A stretch of DNA of 64,000 bases from Pristiophorus japonicus (taxonomy: Eukaryota), in NCBI RefSeq assembly GCF_044704955.1, contig NC_091999.1, forward strand, positions 34,596,001-34,660,000, written 5' to 3'. The position numbers and the translations under genes are program-made. The notes under the pieces were generated by a model. It was given only the letters and a program-made list of their open reading frames with translations. It searched no databases and had not been told where the DNA came from. Positions 51,889 to 64,000 of this stretch are shown piece by piece; the first letter of the stretch is position 1, and the number at the start of each line of letters is the position of its first letter.

Positions 51889-54391
51889 CATGCTCGCACA
51901 AGTCTTTTACACAGGTTATACAATACAAGCAGCTTGTTGGAGCATAAAATGTTTCTAGCTTTCTCAAAAGCAATTACTTGTTTTTTTCCCCCATACCCAG
52001 TTCTCACCTTTACGCAATAACACATGTAAGGGCTCTAAGAGGGTGCTTAACCCCGGTAGAAATTTGCCAAAATAGTTGAGAAGTCCCAGGAACGACCGCA
52101 GCTCCATGATGTTCTGTGGCCTGGGCGCGTTCCTGATAGCCCCTGTCTTGACGTCTGTGGGCCGAATGCCGTCCGCCGCAATCTTTCTCCCCAAAAACTC
52201 CACTTCTATTGCCATGAAAACGTATTTCGACCTCTTCAGCCGCGGCCCTACGCGATCCATTCGCTGGAGGACCCCCTCTAGGTTTGTAGGTGCTCCACAG
52301 TGTCCCGACCCATGACCAATATGTCGTCCTGAAAGACCACTGTGCATGGTACCGACTTGAGTAGGCTCTCCATGTTTCTCTGGAAGATCGCTGCAGCCAA
52401 CCGAATTCCAAACGGGCATCTGTTGGAGATGAACAGTCCCTTGTGCGTGTTGATGCAGGTGAGGCCCTTCGAAGTCTCCTCCAGCTCCTGCATCATGTAG
52501 GCCGAAGTTTAGTCGAGCTTGGTGAACGTCTTGCCTCCTGTCAGCATCGCAAATACGTAGTCTGCCTTAGGTAGTGGGTATTGGTCCTGTAGCGAGAAAT
52601 AATTAATAGTTACTTTATAATCGCCGCAAATCCTGACTGTGCCATCACTTAGGAACAATCGGGCTGGCCCACTTACTGAATTCCACTGGGGAGATGATGT
52701 CCTCGCGTTGCAGCCTGTCCAAGTCGATTTCCACTCTTTCCCTCATCATGTGAGGTACCGCTCGCACCTTGTGGTGAATGGGCCGTATCTCTGGGACCAA
52801 GTGGATGAGCACCTTCGCCCCGGTAAAAATGTCTAATGCCTGGCTCAAAAAGGGAAGGATATTTTTAAGAACCTGGGTACATGAGGCCTCATCGACATGT
52901 GATAGCGCTCGGATGTCATCCCAGTTCCAGCGGATTTTGCCCAGCCAACTCCTTCCAAGCAGTGTGGGGTCATCGCCCGGGACAATCCAGAGTGGCAGTT
53001 CATGCACCGTGCCCTCATAGGTGACCTTGACCATGGCGCTGCGCAGGACAGTGATGAGCTCTTTGGTGTACGTTCTCAGTTTCGTGTGCATGGGGCTCAG
53101 GGCTGGTATGAGAGTCTTGTTGCACCACAGTCTCTCAAACATCTTTTTACCCATGATGGATTGGCAAGCGCTAGTGTCCAGTTCCATGGCTACGTGTAAG
53201 CCATTCAATTTAACATTTAGCATTATAGGTGGACATTTTGTCGAAAATGTGTACAGCCCGTCTACTTCAGCATCTGCCTCCTCTCTCTGAAGCTCGAAAT
53301 TGCTTTTATCCACCATGGACTGATCTTACTCTGCCACGTGGTGGTCAGCAGGTTGCAAGCTCGTTGGAGGAGCCCCATTGTTCCACAGCTGTTGCAAACA
53401 TACCCTTTGGAGCGGCATGATTAGGCTGAATGGAAGCCTGCACAACGCCAACAAGGTGTGAATTACCTTGCATTCATCCTTTGTTGCGGACTCTGAGTCA
53501 TCTGGGTCACCTGAGGCCTTCTGGCTGTTGCAAACTCGTGGTTTCTGCCCTGTACATTTCTGCTCACAAACACAGTTCCAATTAATTTGTGAACATTGCA
53601 AGCACTTGTGTGCTGAGAGATTTGTTTGGTGTTATCACTGACGGACATAAACGCCTGTGCTATTTCAATGGACTTACTGAGGGTCGGTGTCTCTTCAGTC
53701 AAAAGTTTTCGTCAGATGGTCTCGTGGCCAATGCCCAGTACAAAAAAGTCTCCGAGCAGCTGCTCCAGGTAGCCATCATATTCACATTGTCCTGCAAGTC
53801 GCCTTAGCTCGGCGATGTAGCTCGCCACTTCCTGACCTTCAGATCGCTGGCACATGTAGAACCGATACCACGCCATCAGCACGCTCTCCCTCGGGTTAAG
53901 ATGCTCCAGAATCAGTGCACACAGCTCCTCATACGACTTATCTGTGAGTTTCACTGAAGCCAGAAGATTCCTCATGAGGCTGTAGGTCGGTGCCACGCAA
54001 ACCGTGAGGAGGACTGCTCTCCTTTTCGCAGCACCTCCTTCTCCATCCAGCTCATTGGCTACAAAGTACTGGTTTAGCCGTTCGACATAGGCTTCCTAGT
54101 CCCCATCCTCCAAGACCTTCTCCAGGACGCCCACAGTTTGCTGCATCTTTCCATTGGATTTGCATAGTCGTCGCCAGTTATTGTGTTCCGAACAGAGATG
54201 AGACTGCACACAGGGAGGTTAAAGTAACAGTGACCTCAGTCTTTATTAAGGCACTCCAGAATGAGGAACAGGCCTTAGGGGCCGGCTTATATACAGTGCT
54301 CCCAAGGGATGCTGGGATCCCTTGGGACTTCAGGGGATGTGATACCTGTTGGCAGAACATGGGAGTGCATGCTTTACAGATACAGAACACA
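51889..54391 (-). mobile_element. Gypsy/Ty3 LTR retrotransposon, 5' half only (LTR ~54182-54391, PBS, gag, protease, RT)
   Basis: Minus-strand TGGCGACGAC PBS ending at 54176; gag (RFYMCQRSEGQEVASYIAELRRLA); protease MELDTSA; RT (INTHKGLF..RCPFG..AAAIFQR, FQDDILV, LRSFLGLLNYFGKF); LTR bounded by TGTGTTC/GAACACA. Confidence 0.9.
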
Positions 54392-55230
54392 CCCCTCCCC
54401 CAACTCGGGCTCCCACCCCTCCTCTCCCCAACTCGGGCTCTCTCCCAGCTCAACTCGGGCTCCCTACCCTCCCCCCACAACTCGGGCTCCCTCCCCTCCC
54501 ACCCACCACAATCTGGCTCGGGCTCCCTCCCCTCCCGACTCGGGCTCCTTCACCCTCCCCTCTCCTACCGACTCGAGCTCCTACATCCTCCCCTCCCCCC
54601 CGACTCGAGCTATCACCACACCCCCCCCCCGCAACTCAGGCTACTCCTCTCCCCCACAACTGGGGCTTCTCACCTCCCCCAACTGGGGTTCCTCCCCACC
54701 CCCCAACTCGGGCTCCTCTCCTCCCCACAACTCAGGCTCCTCCCCTTCCCCCTCTCCCCAAAAAACTTGGGCATTCCCCCTCCCCCACTCCCCCAACTCG
54801 GGCTCTCCCCCTCCCTCACCCTCTCCCCCAACACGGGCTCTCCCCCTCCCTCTCTCCCCCAACTCGGGCTCTCCCCCAACTCGGACTCTCCCCTTCCACC
54901 TCTCCCTCAACTCGGGCTCCCCCTCCCCCTCTCCCCAAACTCGGGCTCCCCATCCTCTCTCCCACAACACGAGCTTTCCTCCTCCCCCTCCCCCGCAACC
55001 CGGGATCCCCCCTCCCCCTCAATCGGGCTCTAACCCTCTACCCCAACTCGGGCTCTTCCCCTCCCCCTCTCCCCCAACTTGTGCTCTCCCCATCCCCCCT
55101 CCCCCAACTCAGGCTCTCCCTCTCCACCCCTCTCACCCAACTCGTTCTTTCTCCCTTCCCCTCTCCACCAACTCCGGCTCCCCCAACCCCGTCTCTCCCC
55201 CTACCCCAACTCGGGCTCGCCCCCTCCCAC
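54392..55230. repeat. C-rich degenerate tandem repeat (CCCCAACTCGGGCTC plus C/T tracts)
   Basis: Roughly 30 variable units; the long Pro-rich ORFs here are artefacts of composition. Confidence 0.9.
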
Positions 55231-55388
55231 CTGAAGGTACTGACTCTGGCTGGGTTCAGTTTTACAGTCACTGGCTCCCCTCCCCTGAATGTACTGACTC
55301 TGGCTGGGTTCAGTTCTACACTCACTGGTTCCCTTCCCCTGAAGGTACTGACTCTGGCTGGGTTCAGTTCTACACTCACTGGTTCCTC
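55230..55388 (+). repeat. 54-bp tandem repeat (related 54-63-bp array at 60222-60492)
   Basis: CCTGAAGGTACTGACTCTGGCTGGGTTCAGTTCTACACTCACTGG units. Confidence 0.88.
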
Positions 55389-55584
55389 ACTGTTTGTGAA
55401 ATGCTCCTGACACTTTATTAAACACACACAGCAGAAGCCCATGAATGTGATGCTAGATCACTGGCTCTTGAACAGCCAGCAGTGTTGAGCCTCCTGAGGA
55501 TTCGATCCCTTTACGGCCAGTATTTACAGGAGCTGGGACACGGGAAATTATACATTTGTTCACTAAAAATAGTAATTTCTACTT

Positions 55585-56062
55585 AATTTACAGACGCTCC
55601 CTGAACAATCCCCATTTTCCCTCCATTTGCAAACGCTCCCTGATCGGTACCCATTTCTCCATTTACGGACACTCCCTGTCCAGTCCCCATTTCTCCCAAA
55701 TTTACAGATGCTTCCTGACCAGTCCCCATTTCTCCTCCATTTACAGACGCTCCCTAACAGGTCCCCATTTCTCCATTAACAGACACTCCATGACCGGTCC
55801 TCATTTCTCCTCCATTTAAAGACACTCCCTGACCGGTCCTCATGTCTCCTCCATTTACAGACACTCCCTGACCGGTCCTCATTTCTCCTCCATTTACAGA
55901 CACTCCCTGATCAGTCCCCATTCCTCCTCCATTTACAGATGCTCCCTGACCAGTCCCCATTTCTCCATTTACGGACGCTCCCTGACCAGTTGCTATTTCT
56001 CCTCCATTTACAGACACTCCCTGACCACTCCCCATTTCTCCTCCATTATAGACACTCCCTAA
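55585..56062 (+). repeat. ~39-bp minisatellite (CCTGACCxGTCCCCATTTCTCCTCCATTTACAGACACTC)
   Basis: Tandem periodicity. Confidence 0.9.
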
Positions 56063-58319
56063 CTCGCTGGGGATTTCCCAGCACTTCCTGCTGGTCCCAG
56101 AGTCTGTGTCTGAAACTGGCGGGTGGTTGTGGTGCAGCGGATAATGCGGCGTGTTGTCTCTTAAACTCCAGGAGGAATCGGGATTTTGTGTTGTGGCTTA
56201 AACAGATGGAACCCTGTGGGGTGGAGTAAACATTGGATCATCTGTTAGTGAAAGGGATTCATTCAGGACAATCAGCAGGGTTTCAGGAAATCACACAGTG
56301 CAGTGAGAAAGGAAATAAATGTAGTGTAGATGGATTGTCAAAAGGTGTTTGATAAGATGCCGGACAGGAGGCTTGTTGACCAAATTAATGCTCACAGTAT
56401 TAAAGGGAGTGGGGCAGCGTGGAGAGGAAGTTGGGTCAAGGGCAGAAAACAGAGAGTGGCGATTAATGGAGGTTCTTCAGACTGGGGGGATGTAAACAGT
56501 GGTGAGCCCAGGGTCAGTGTTGGAACCATTGCTCTGCTCAATATAGAGAAATGATCTGGGCTTGGGTATATGGGGCACACAATCAAAATCTCCAGGGAAC
56601 ACCAAAAAGGGCCCATGGCTAACTGTGAAGAGGACTTTAAGTGCCTTCATTGTCAATACACAGGTTAATAATTGGGCAGGTAGATGTGAAATGAAAGTTA
56701 ATGCAGAGAAATGTGCTGCGATAGATTTCGGGAGGAAGAAAAAGGGAGGAAATGTATATTAAATGGTAAAACTTTCAATGGAGTAGAGGATCAGAGAGAT
56801 TTAGGATTGTAGGATTCCAGCTAATTCCATGTCTTATTGAGGATCGAGAGACGAGTGTTAGAACACAAGAACATAATAAATAGGAGCAGGAGTAGGCCAT
56901 CTGGCTCCTCGAGTCTGCTCCGTCATTCAATAAGATCATGGCTGATCTGATCCTGGCCTCTAATCAACTTCCTTGCCCACTGCCCATAACCCTTCACTCC
57001 CTGATCGCTCAAAAATATGTCTATCTCCACCTTAAATATATTCAATGATTATTATTAGAAACATTAAGATTTTAAGAACTGTAATTTGAGCAGATTCTCT
57101 GTGCTCTACCACATCAGAGTAAAGATGCAAGTCCCGCGTGTCCACAGTAACTTACACCAGGTCAGTTTGCTGGATGGTACCTCGGGTGCCCTGAGCTTGA
57201 TCTCCGGTGTCTCTAGTCCCCACTGCCCTCGTACATCAGTCACCCCTCACTTTTATGCCCTGCACTGGTCCATCTCTGGCACTGGACTCTTCTTTGTCTT
57301 GTCTGCTGGGTTTGGGCAGGATACGAGGAAAAGACAGCTAGAACGTCTCTAATCCGTGATTTACAAGGACACTTTCCCTGGTTCCCAGCAGTTACTTTTC
57401 TTCAATAATTTTCTCATTATCCCTAAACTCCCCTGCCTGCTGTTAGTTGTTAGTTCTTATAGTTTCACAATTATAGGTATAAGCATCACGCGTTATATTC
57501 TAATCTATTGTGTTACTCACTCTGGTTTAAGCTTACATTCTGGTTACTCACAGACAAACCCTGTTCTTTTCCCTGATCTGATTACAGATTGCAACTGTGG
57601 ATTCAGTGAATGGAATGTCTTATCAGTGTTGCCATGGTGACCTGTCTGCAGTGAATCGATTGTTTGAGTTTCTAACTCAGACTAAACGTATCTTTCCCAT
57701 GATGCACATTTAAGTCAAAGTCAATGTATTTTAGCCATTTTATGTTGATAACGTGGTTAAAGAAGCACAAAGGGTCCTATGGTTTATAAATAGGGCTGTG
57801 TAGTACAAAAGGGCAGAGGTCATGTAAACGTGCACAAATCATTGGTTAGGCTGCAGTTCGAGTATTTTGTCAGGTTTTGGGGATCTTACACCAGGAAGGA
57901 TATCGAGGCCATGGAGAGGGTGCAGAGAGATTCACTGAGATGATACCAGGGAAGAGAGGATTTAGTTATCAGGGCAGATTGGAGAAACTGGAACTCTTTT
58001 CATTATAACAAATGGTCATTGGAGATCTGAGGGAGGTGTTCAAAGTTTGATCGGTAAGTGAGGAAAAACTATTTATACCAGTCGGTGAGTCAGCAACTCG
58101 AGGGCATCAAATTCAAATCATCACTAAAAGGCTCAGACCCAGGGGTGAGCTATCGAACACACTGTACAACAATGTTCGGGAGACTCACTGTCCCTCCGGA
58201 TCTGTGTCCAGGGGAGGAACCGATGGGTTTTCCTTATCTTTGGGTTAAATGATGTTCTCATCGATGTGATGGATGTCAGTGTTTGGGAATGGGTCATTCT
58301 GAGCACCTTGTGTCTGCCT

Positions 58320-58617
58320 AAAGCACTTCCAGGGCAGGTAAAGCACGGGGTTAGATACAGAGTAAAGGTCTCTCTACACTTTCCCAACAAACACTCCCAG
58401 GGCAGGTACAGCACGGGTTAGATACAGAGTAAAGCTCTCTCTACACGGTATCATCAAAACGCCCAGGGCAGGTACAGTACTGGTTAGATACAGTGTAAAG
58501 CTACCTCTACACTGTCCCATCAAACACTCCCAGGGCAGGTACAGAACGGGTTAGATACAGAGTAAAGCTCCCTCTACACTGTCCCATCAAACACTCCCAG
58601 GACAGGTACTGCACAGG
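58320..58617 (-). repeat. ~67-bp tandem repeat, reverse orientation
   Basis: CTCTACACT recurs at a 67-nt period (58505, 58572). Confidence 0.9.
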
Positions 58618-59107
58618 ATTGCTGCACTGTCAGTGTTGCCATCTTTCAGATGAGTCGTTCAACCGAGGCCCCATCAGCTCTCAACCAATATCACTCAAAC
58701 AGATTCTCTGGCCATTGCTGTTCATGGCAGCTTGCTGTGTGCAAATCATCTGCTGCATTTCCTATACTACAACAGTGAATGCACTTCAAATGTACTTTGG
58801 TGTTGTTGCACTTCATTGGCTGTAAAGCACTTTGAGGTCATGTGAGGTGTTGCATAAGGACAGGTCTTTGTTAAATGAAGGAGAAAAGTTCCAAAAAAGG
58901 AACAGTTAGTGACAGTACAACAATTAGTCTCTTCTTATATTGGAGAATTCAAGGAATCGACACACTGTGTGTTGGAACCAAAGCTGATTTATTTGTCAGA
59001 TATGCAGAACATTAAATCCAGCCCAGTTACAGGGGAAACACAGCCCGACTGTCAGAATGAACACGATTCAGTCCTGATGTGATTCACAGCAGAATCCAAC
59101 CCTGCAG

Positions 59108-60135
59108 TCACTTGTGAACTCGCAGGTGTCTCAGCAGGTTGTATGGGGCAGTGAATCCCTTCCAACAGATGGAAAGGTGAATGGCCTCTCCCCAGTGCGA
59201 ACCCGCTGTTGTGTCAGCAGATTGGATTTCTGAGTGAATCGCTTCCCACAATCTGAGCAAGTGAACGGCCTCTCCCCAGTGTGAACTCGCTGGTGTGTCA
59301 GCAGGTTGTATGGAGCAGTAAATCGCTTCCCACAGACGGAGCAAGTGAACGGCCTCTCCCCAGTGTGAGTGCATTGGTGTTTCCTCAGGTCATTTCTGCT
59401 TTTAAAGCTCTTCTCACAGTCAGAACATTTAAACGGTTTCTTATTGGTGTGAACAAGTTGGTGTGCCAGTAGGTTGGATGAACAAGTGAATCCCTTCCCA
59501 CACACGGACACAGGTGAATGGCCACTCCCCAGTGTGAACTGGCTGGTGTGCCAGTAGGCTGGATGAATCACTGAATCCCTTCCCACACATGGAGCAGATG
59601 AACTGCCTCTCCCCGGTATGTATTCGCTGGTGTCTCAGCAGGTGGGATGGCCGAGTGAATCCTTTCCCATACTCTGAACAGGTGAACAGCCTCTCCCCAG
59701 TGTGAATGCGCTTGTGAATTTCCAGCTCAGAACGGGTAACAGAATCCCTTCCCACAGTCTCCACATTCCCACGGTTTCTCCATGCTGCTGGTATCTCTCC
59801 AGATTGGATGATCAGTTGAAGCCTCGCCCACACACAATACGTTTACAAATTCTCTGCGCTGTGAATGGTGCGATGTTTTTTCAGGCTGTGTGACTGGTTA
59901 AAGCTCTTTCCAAAGGCAGTGCCATGGAACACTCTCACTCGGCTGTGTGTGTCTCAGTGCTTTTGCAGTCACACTGATGTTTGGAATATTTGCCTGCAGG
60001 CAGAAGAGACAAACATTTCTCCTTCCACATTCAAAGGCCAATGATATTCATGTTGCGGTGGATCAAGTGACGCTGTGAGATCTTGGTGATGTTTGGTTCC
60101 AGTTTCCCATCTGCAAATCTTCCCCTTCTAATCCC
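59108..60135 (-). pseudogene. C2H2 zinc-finger gene terminal exon (tandem Kruppel-type fingers), frameshifted
   Basis: Repeated [16 protein letters not shown]...LxxHQRVH units distributed over several reading frames; minus-strand acceptor cctttttCAG at 60136-60145. Confidence 0.85.
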
Positions 60136-61499
60136 CTGAAAAAGGAGTTTACAAATGTCATCCCTACTCCCCATGTTGAAATCCAAACCCATTACATCAT
60201 TGCCAATATTTTTTCCTTCTTGCTGAAGGTATTGACTCTGGCTGGGTTCAGTTCTACATTCACTGGGTCCTCTCCCTCTCCTCCCCTGAAGGTGCTGACA
60301 CTGGTTGGATTCAGTTCTACACTCAATGGTTCCTCTCCCTCTCGTCCCCTGAAGGTGCTGACACTGGTTGGATTCAGTTCTACACTCAATGGTTCCCCTC
60401 CCTCTCCTTCCCTGAAGGTGCTGACTCTGGCTGGTTTCATTTCTACACTCACTGGTTCCCCTCCCCTGAAGGTGCTGACTCTGGCGAGGTTCTAGTTAGG
60501 CCACAGCTAGAGTACTGTGTGCAGTTCTGGTCACCACATTACAAGAAAGATGTGATTGCACCACTCAGGGTACAAAGATTTACGAGGATGTTGCCTGGAC
60601 ATGAGAATTTTAGCTATGAGGACAGATTGGATAGACTGGGGTTGTTTGTTTAGGAAAAGAGGACGCTGAGGGGAGACCTCATTGAGGTGTATAAAATTAT
60701 GAGGGGCCTAGATAGAGTAGATAGGAAGGATCTATTTCCCTTAGCAGAGGGTCAATCGCTGGGGGTGCATAGATTTAAAGTAATTGGTGAAATGTTTAGA
60801 TGGGATTTGAGAAATCTTTTCACCGAGAGGATGGTGGGAGTCTGGAACTGACTGCCTGAAAGGATGGTAGCGGCAGAAAACCTCATAACATTTAAAAGTA
60901 CTTGGATATGCACTTGACGGGCCTAGATAGAGTGGATACGAAGGACCTATTTGCCTTAGCAGAGGTGTCACCTGTGGCTCAGTGAGTCAGAAGGTTGTGG
61001 GTTCAAGTCCCACTCCAGAGACTTGAGCACAAAAAATCTACGCTGACACTCCAGTGTCACTGCACTGTCGGAGGAGCCATCTTTCGGATGAGGCTTTAAA
61101 CCGAAGCCTGGTCAACTCTCTCTCTGGTGGACGTAAAAGATCTCATGGCACTATTTCGAAAAAGAGGAGGGAAGCTACACCCAGCGTCGTGGCCAATATT
61201 TGTCCTTTAATCAAAATAACAAAAACAGTTTATCTGGTCTTTATCACATTGCTGTCTGTGGGAGTTTGCTGGTCACAAATTAGCTGCCGCCTTTCCCACA
61301 TTACAACAGTGACTACACTCCAAAAGTACTTCATTCTCTGTGAATAGCTTTGAGACGTCCGGTGTTCGTGAAAGGCGCTATATAAATGTACGGCTTTCTT
61401 TATTGTGCCATAACCTACAGAGCTACAGACCAAGAGCTGTACAGTGGGATTAGGCTGCAGAGCTATGTGCCAGCCGGCAGGGACACGGTGGGCTGAATG

Positions 61500-62110
61500 G
61501 CCTCCTTCTGTGCTGTCAATGTCTGGGATTCGATGATGTCACAGGTCTCACGAGCAGCTGAGCTGCCTGATTGGTGATTGACAGCCGTGAGTCTGCGCAT
61601 GCACACCGGGAAAAGCGTCCGGCACAGCGCCCCCCTCGCGATCGCCATCGGTAATAGCCGCGCATGCCCAGGGGACACCAACCAACTCCTCCCCCCCACA
61701 CTCGGAGCTGCGCCTCTGCACTCGGATCCTGTGGTGTGGAGTCGGCGCGGCGCCTTCTGGGGAAAGGCGTTTGTGTCCGTTAAAGTGCCTCGAGCGGTGA
61801 TGCAAAGCGACTTTCCTGCACTCTGATTGGGTAGAGATTTGCGCGAGGGAGCAGGGGGGATAGGGAGAGAATAAAGGGAAATCCAAACCCGAGAGCCGCC
61901 CATCCGGGTCCCCGAGACCAGTTTTCAGCAGTTTGGCGGAGCGCGCTCGAGGGACATGTGACCGGTCCTGATTGACGGGAGCTTCCAACCAATGCGGAGC
62001 GAGCGGGTCGGGGTTGGAGGAACGAGCCAGCGACAGGTCCTCCAACCAATTGGGGAGCCCGAGGGGCGGGATTTGTGCCACTGATTGTCTGAGCCACAGG
62101 GCGCGACCTT
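61500..62110. promoter_or_regulatory. CpG-rich promoter-like island, probably of the zinc-finger gene
   Basis: High CpG density, several CCAAT/ATTGG boxes, GCGCATGC (NRF1-like) near 61595 and 61660, GGGGCGGG at 62063. Confidence 0.6.
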
Positions 62111-62124
62111 GTGCAGTCCCTTGT

Positions 62125-62420
62125 TCAGGGCCTGGTGTCCTTGGAGATGGAGCACGCGGTGTCCACCGGTACGCTCGCGGCCTTCCGCGAGAGGTGGGCA
62201 CCGGAGGGACTGGAGTGCATCATCACGCCCGGCAACCAAATTTTAATTTGATTTTACGTTTTAAAGTTTAATTTGTTTTAATTGCCGGTGCTTTTAGTGT
62301 CCCCCTCTCCTTTTATAGGGGGCACTGGAAAAAGGAACAATTTGATTTTAGTGCCCAAAAAAAAAAAAACGCAAAAAAACCCCCCCAAAAAAACAAAAAA
62401 GGGCCTTGTAACTGTCTTGT
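62125..62420 (+). mobile_element. L1/Tx1-like LINE 3' end
   Basis: SLEMEHAVSTGTLAAFRERWAPEGLEC...* followed by a UTR and A-rich tail. Family assignment is from recalled similarity. Confidence 0.6.
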
Positions 62421-62539
62421 GTGTGTCATCCAGGTCGGGTGGCACGGATACATGTTTTATGTTTTGCAGGTTAACTCAAAAGAGTTTCAGGGCCTGGGGC
62501 CAGGGGAGGCTATGGGCCCTTATTTTGCGCCCTTTTGGA

Positions 62540-62892
62540 CACATCATCATCATCATCATAGGCAGTCCTTCGGAATCGAGGAAGACTTGCTTCCACTCCT
62601 GAAGTGAGTTATGTGGTGGCTAAACAGTCCAATACGAGAACCACAGACTGTGTCACTGGTGGGCGGGACAGGTTTGCTGCACACTCCTTCCGTGCCTGAA
62701 CTTGACCTCTTCATGCTCTCGGCATTGAGACTCAATGTACTCAATGCCCTCCTGGATGCACTTTCTCCATCCAGGGCAGTCTTTGGCCAGGGACTCCCAG
62801 GTGTCAGTGGTGATGTCGCACTTTATCAGGGAAGCTGTGAGGGTGTCCTTGTAACATTTCTGCTGCCCACATTTGGCTCGTTTGCCGTGGAC
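62540..62892 (-). mobile_element. RTE-clade LINE 3' fragment
   Basis: Minus-strand HGKRAKCGQQKCYKDTLTAS-like motif and (CAT)n tail. Confidence 0.7.
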
Positions 62893-63019
62893 ACAAGGCT
62901 CTGGGGCTCACAACCCACTGGCTCACATTTTAATGCAGATTTTTAAAATTCATCCTTTTAATATAGACTTGTTAAATTCATCAATAAAAGCAGACAAACC
63001 CCGTGCTTCTGTGGAATAG

Positions 63020-63925
63020 TCGGGAGGAGACCAGCATCGCGAGACCTGAGCGGACGTGGGAGTACAAAGGGTAGTGGCAGCTTGGAGCAGCGGCAGTCAG
63101 TAGGAGGCCAGCATCACGAGACTTGATTGGATGCGGGAGTACAAAGGGCAGCAGTCAGGAGGAGGCCAGCGTCGCGAGACCTGAGCGGACGCGGGAGTAC
63201 AAAGGGCAGCAGTCAGGAGGAGGCCAGCATCGCGAGACCTGAGCGGACGCGGGAGTACAAATGGCAGCAGTCAGGAGGAGGCCAGCATCGCGAGACCTGA
63301 GCGGACGCGGGAGTACAAAGGGCAGCAGTCAGAAGGAGGCCAGCTGCAGCAGGAACATAAAGTGAAAAAAAATCGAAATCGAAGTGTGACGTCACAGCCA
63401 AGCAGGTAAGTGATTGGCTGGTGGATATGTGACTTTATTTTCTTTAAGAAATCTTTGGTATTGTTGTAGGTTTGGAACTGCAATTAAATATATGTGATCT
63501 TTATTATCTAAGGAGAACCAGTTGATTAAATCGGCTGTGTGCTGAAACAGTTTGGGTGGAGATAAGGAATAATAAAGGGAAAAAGTCACTTGGTGGGTGT
63601 ATTCTATAGGCCGCCGAACAGCAGCAACTCTGTTGGTCAGAGTATAAACCACGAAATAGTGGGGGCTAGTAAAAAGGGAACAGCAATAATCATGGGTAAT
63701 TTTAATCTCCATATTGATTGGACAAATCAAATTGGTCAGGTAGCCTTGAGGAAGAGTTCATCGAGTGCATAAGGGATGGGTTCCTTGAACAGTATATAAC
63801 GGAACCAACCAAGGGGCAAGCTATCTTAGATCTGGTCCTGTGTAATGAGACAGGATTAATAAACAATCTCCAAGTAAAAGATCCCCTTGGAATCAGTAGC
63901 ATGATTCAATTTCAAATTCAGATGG
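63020..63925 (+). mobile_element. CR1 5' region: 58-bp CpG-rich tandem repeats (63020-63345) and endonuclease fragment (63585-63925)
   Basis: CTGAGCGGAC at a 58-nt period; VGVFYRPPNS, IIMGNFNLHIDW, FLEQYITEPTKGQAILDLVL. Confidence 0.8.
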
Positions 63926-64000
63926 CAGGGGGATGGGAACCTATGTAGGGAGGCAGAGGGAAATAAAAGGGAGACAGAGGCAAAAGAGAGAAAGGAGAAT

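Noticed and set aside
54230-55421. Long Pro-rich ORFs (267-370 aa)
   Set aside because: Open in all three frames because the C-rich repeat lacks stop codons; no domain signature.

Overview
Vertebrate genomic DNA from a cartilaginous fish (shark-like). The core of the window is one complete cluster-type immunoglobulin mu heavy-chain (IgM) gene on the + strand, about 25.4-42.3 kb: promoter, leader, VH, D1, a D/J segment, CH1-CH4 with secretory tail, TM1 and TM2. Two anomalies stand out. (1) There is only one free D, and the J segment is preceded by a D-type 12-spacer RSS rather than a 22/23-spacer RSS, giving V23-12D22-12J. This is best explained as a germline-joined D2-J. (2) CH3 carries a 1-nt deletion and an immediate stop. 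The flanks are repeat-dense. They hold a 27-bp satellite in arrays of both orientations, a ~16-kb-spaced local duplication, a 5'-truncated class I ERV with env, a near full-length class III (tRNA-Ser primed) ERV abutting a truncated Gypsy element, many CR1/SINE/RTE/Tx1 fragments, a CCAAT-box minisatellite next to an NRF1/YY1 promoter-like island, and a frameshifted C2H2 zinc-finger gene. Two assembly gaps lie at ~23.3-23.8 kb. All calls were made by eye and no database searches were run.
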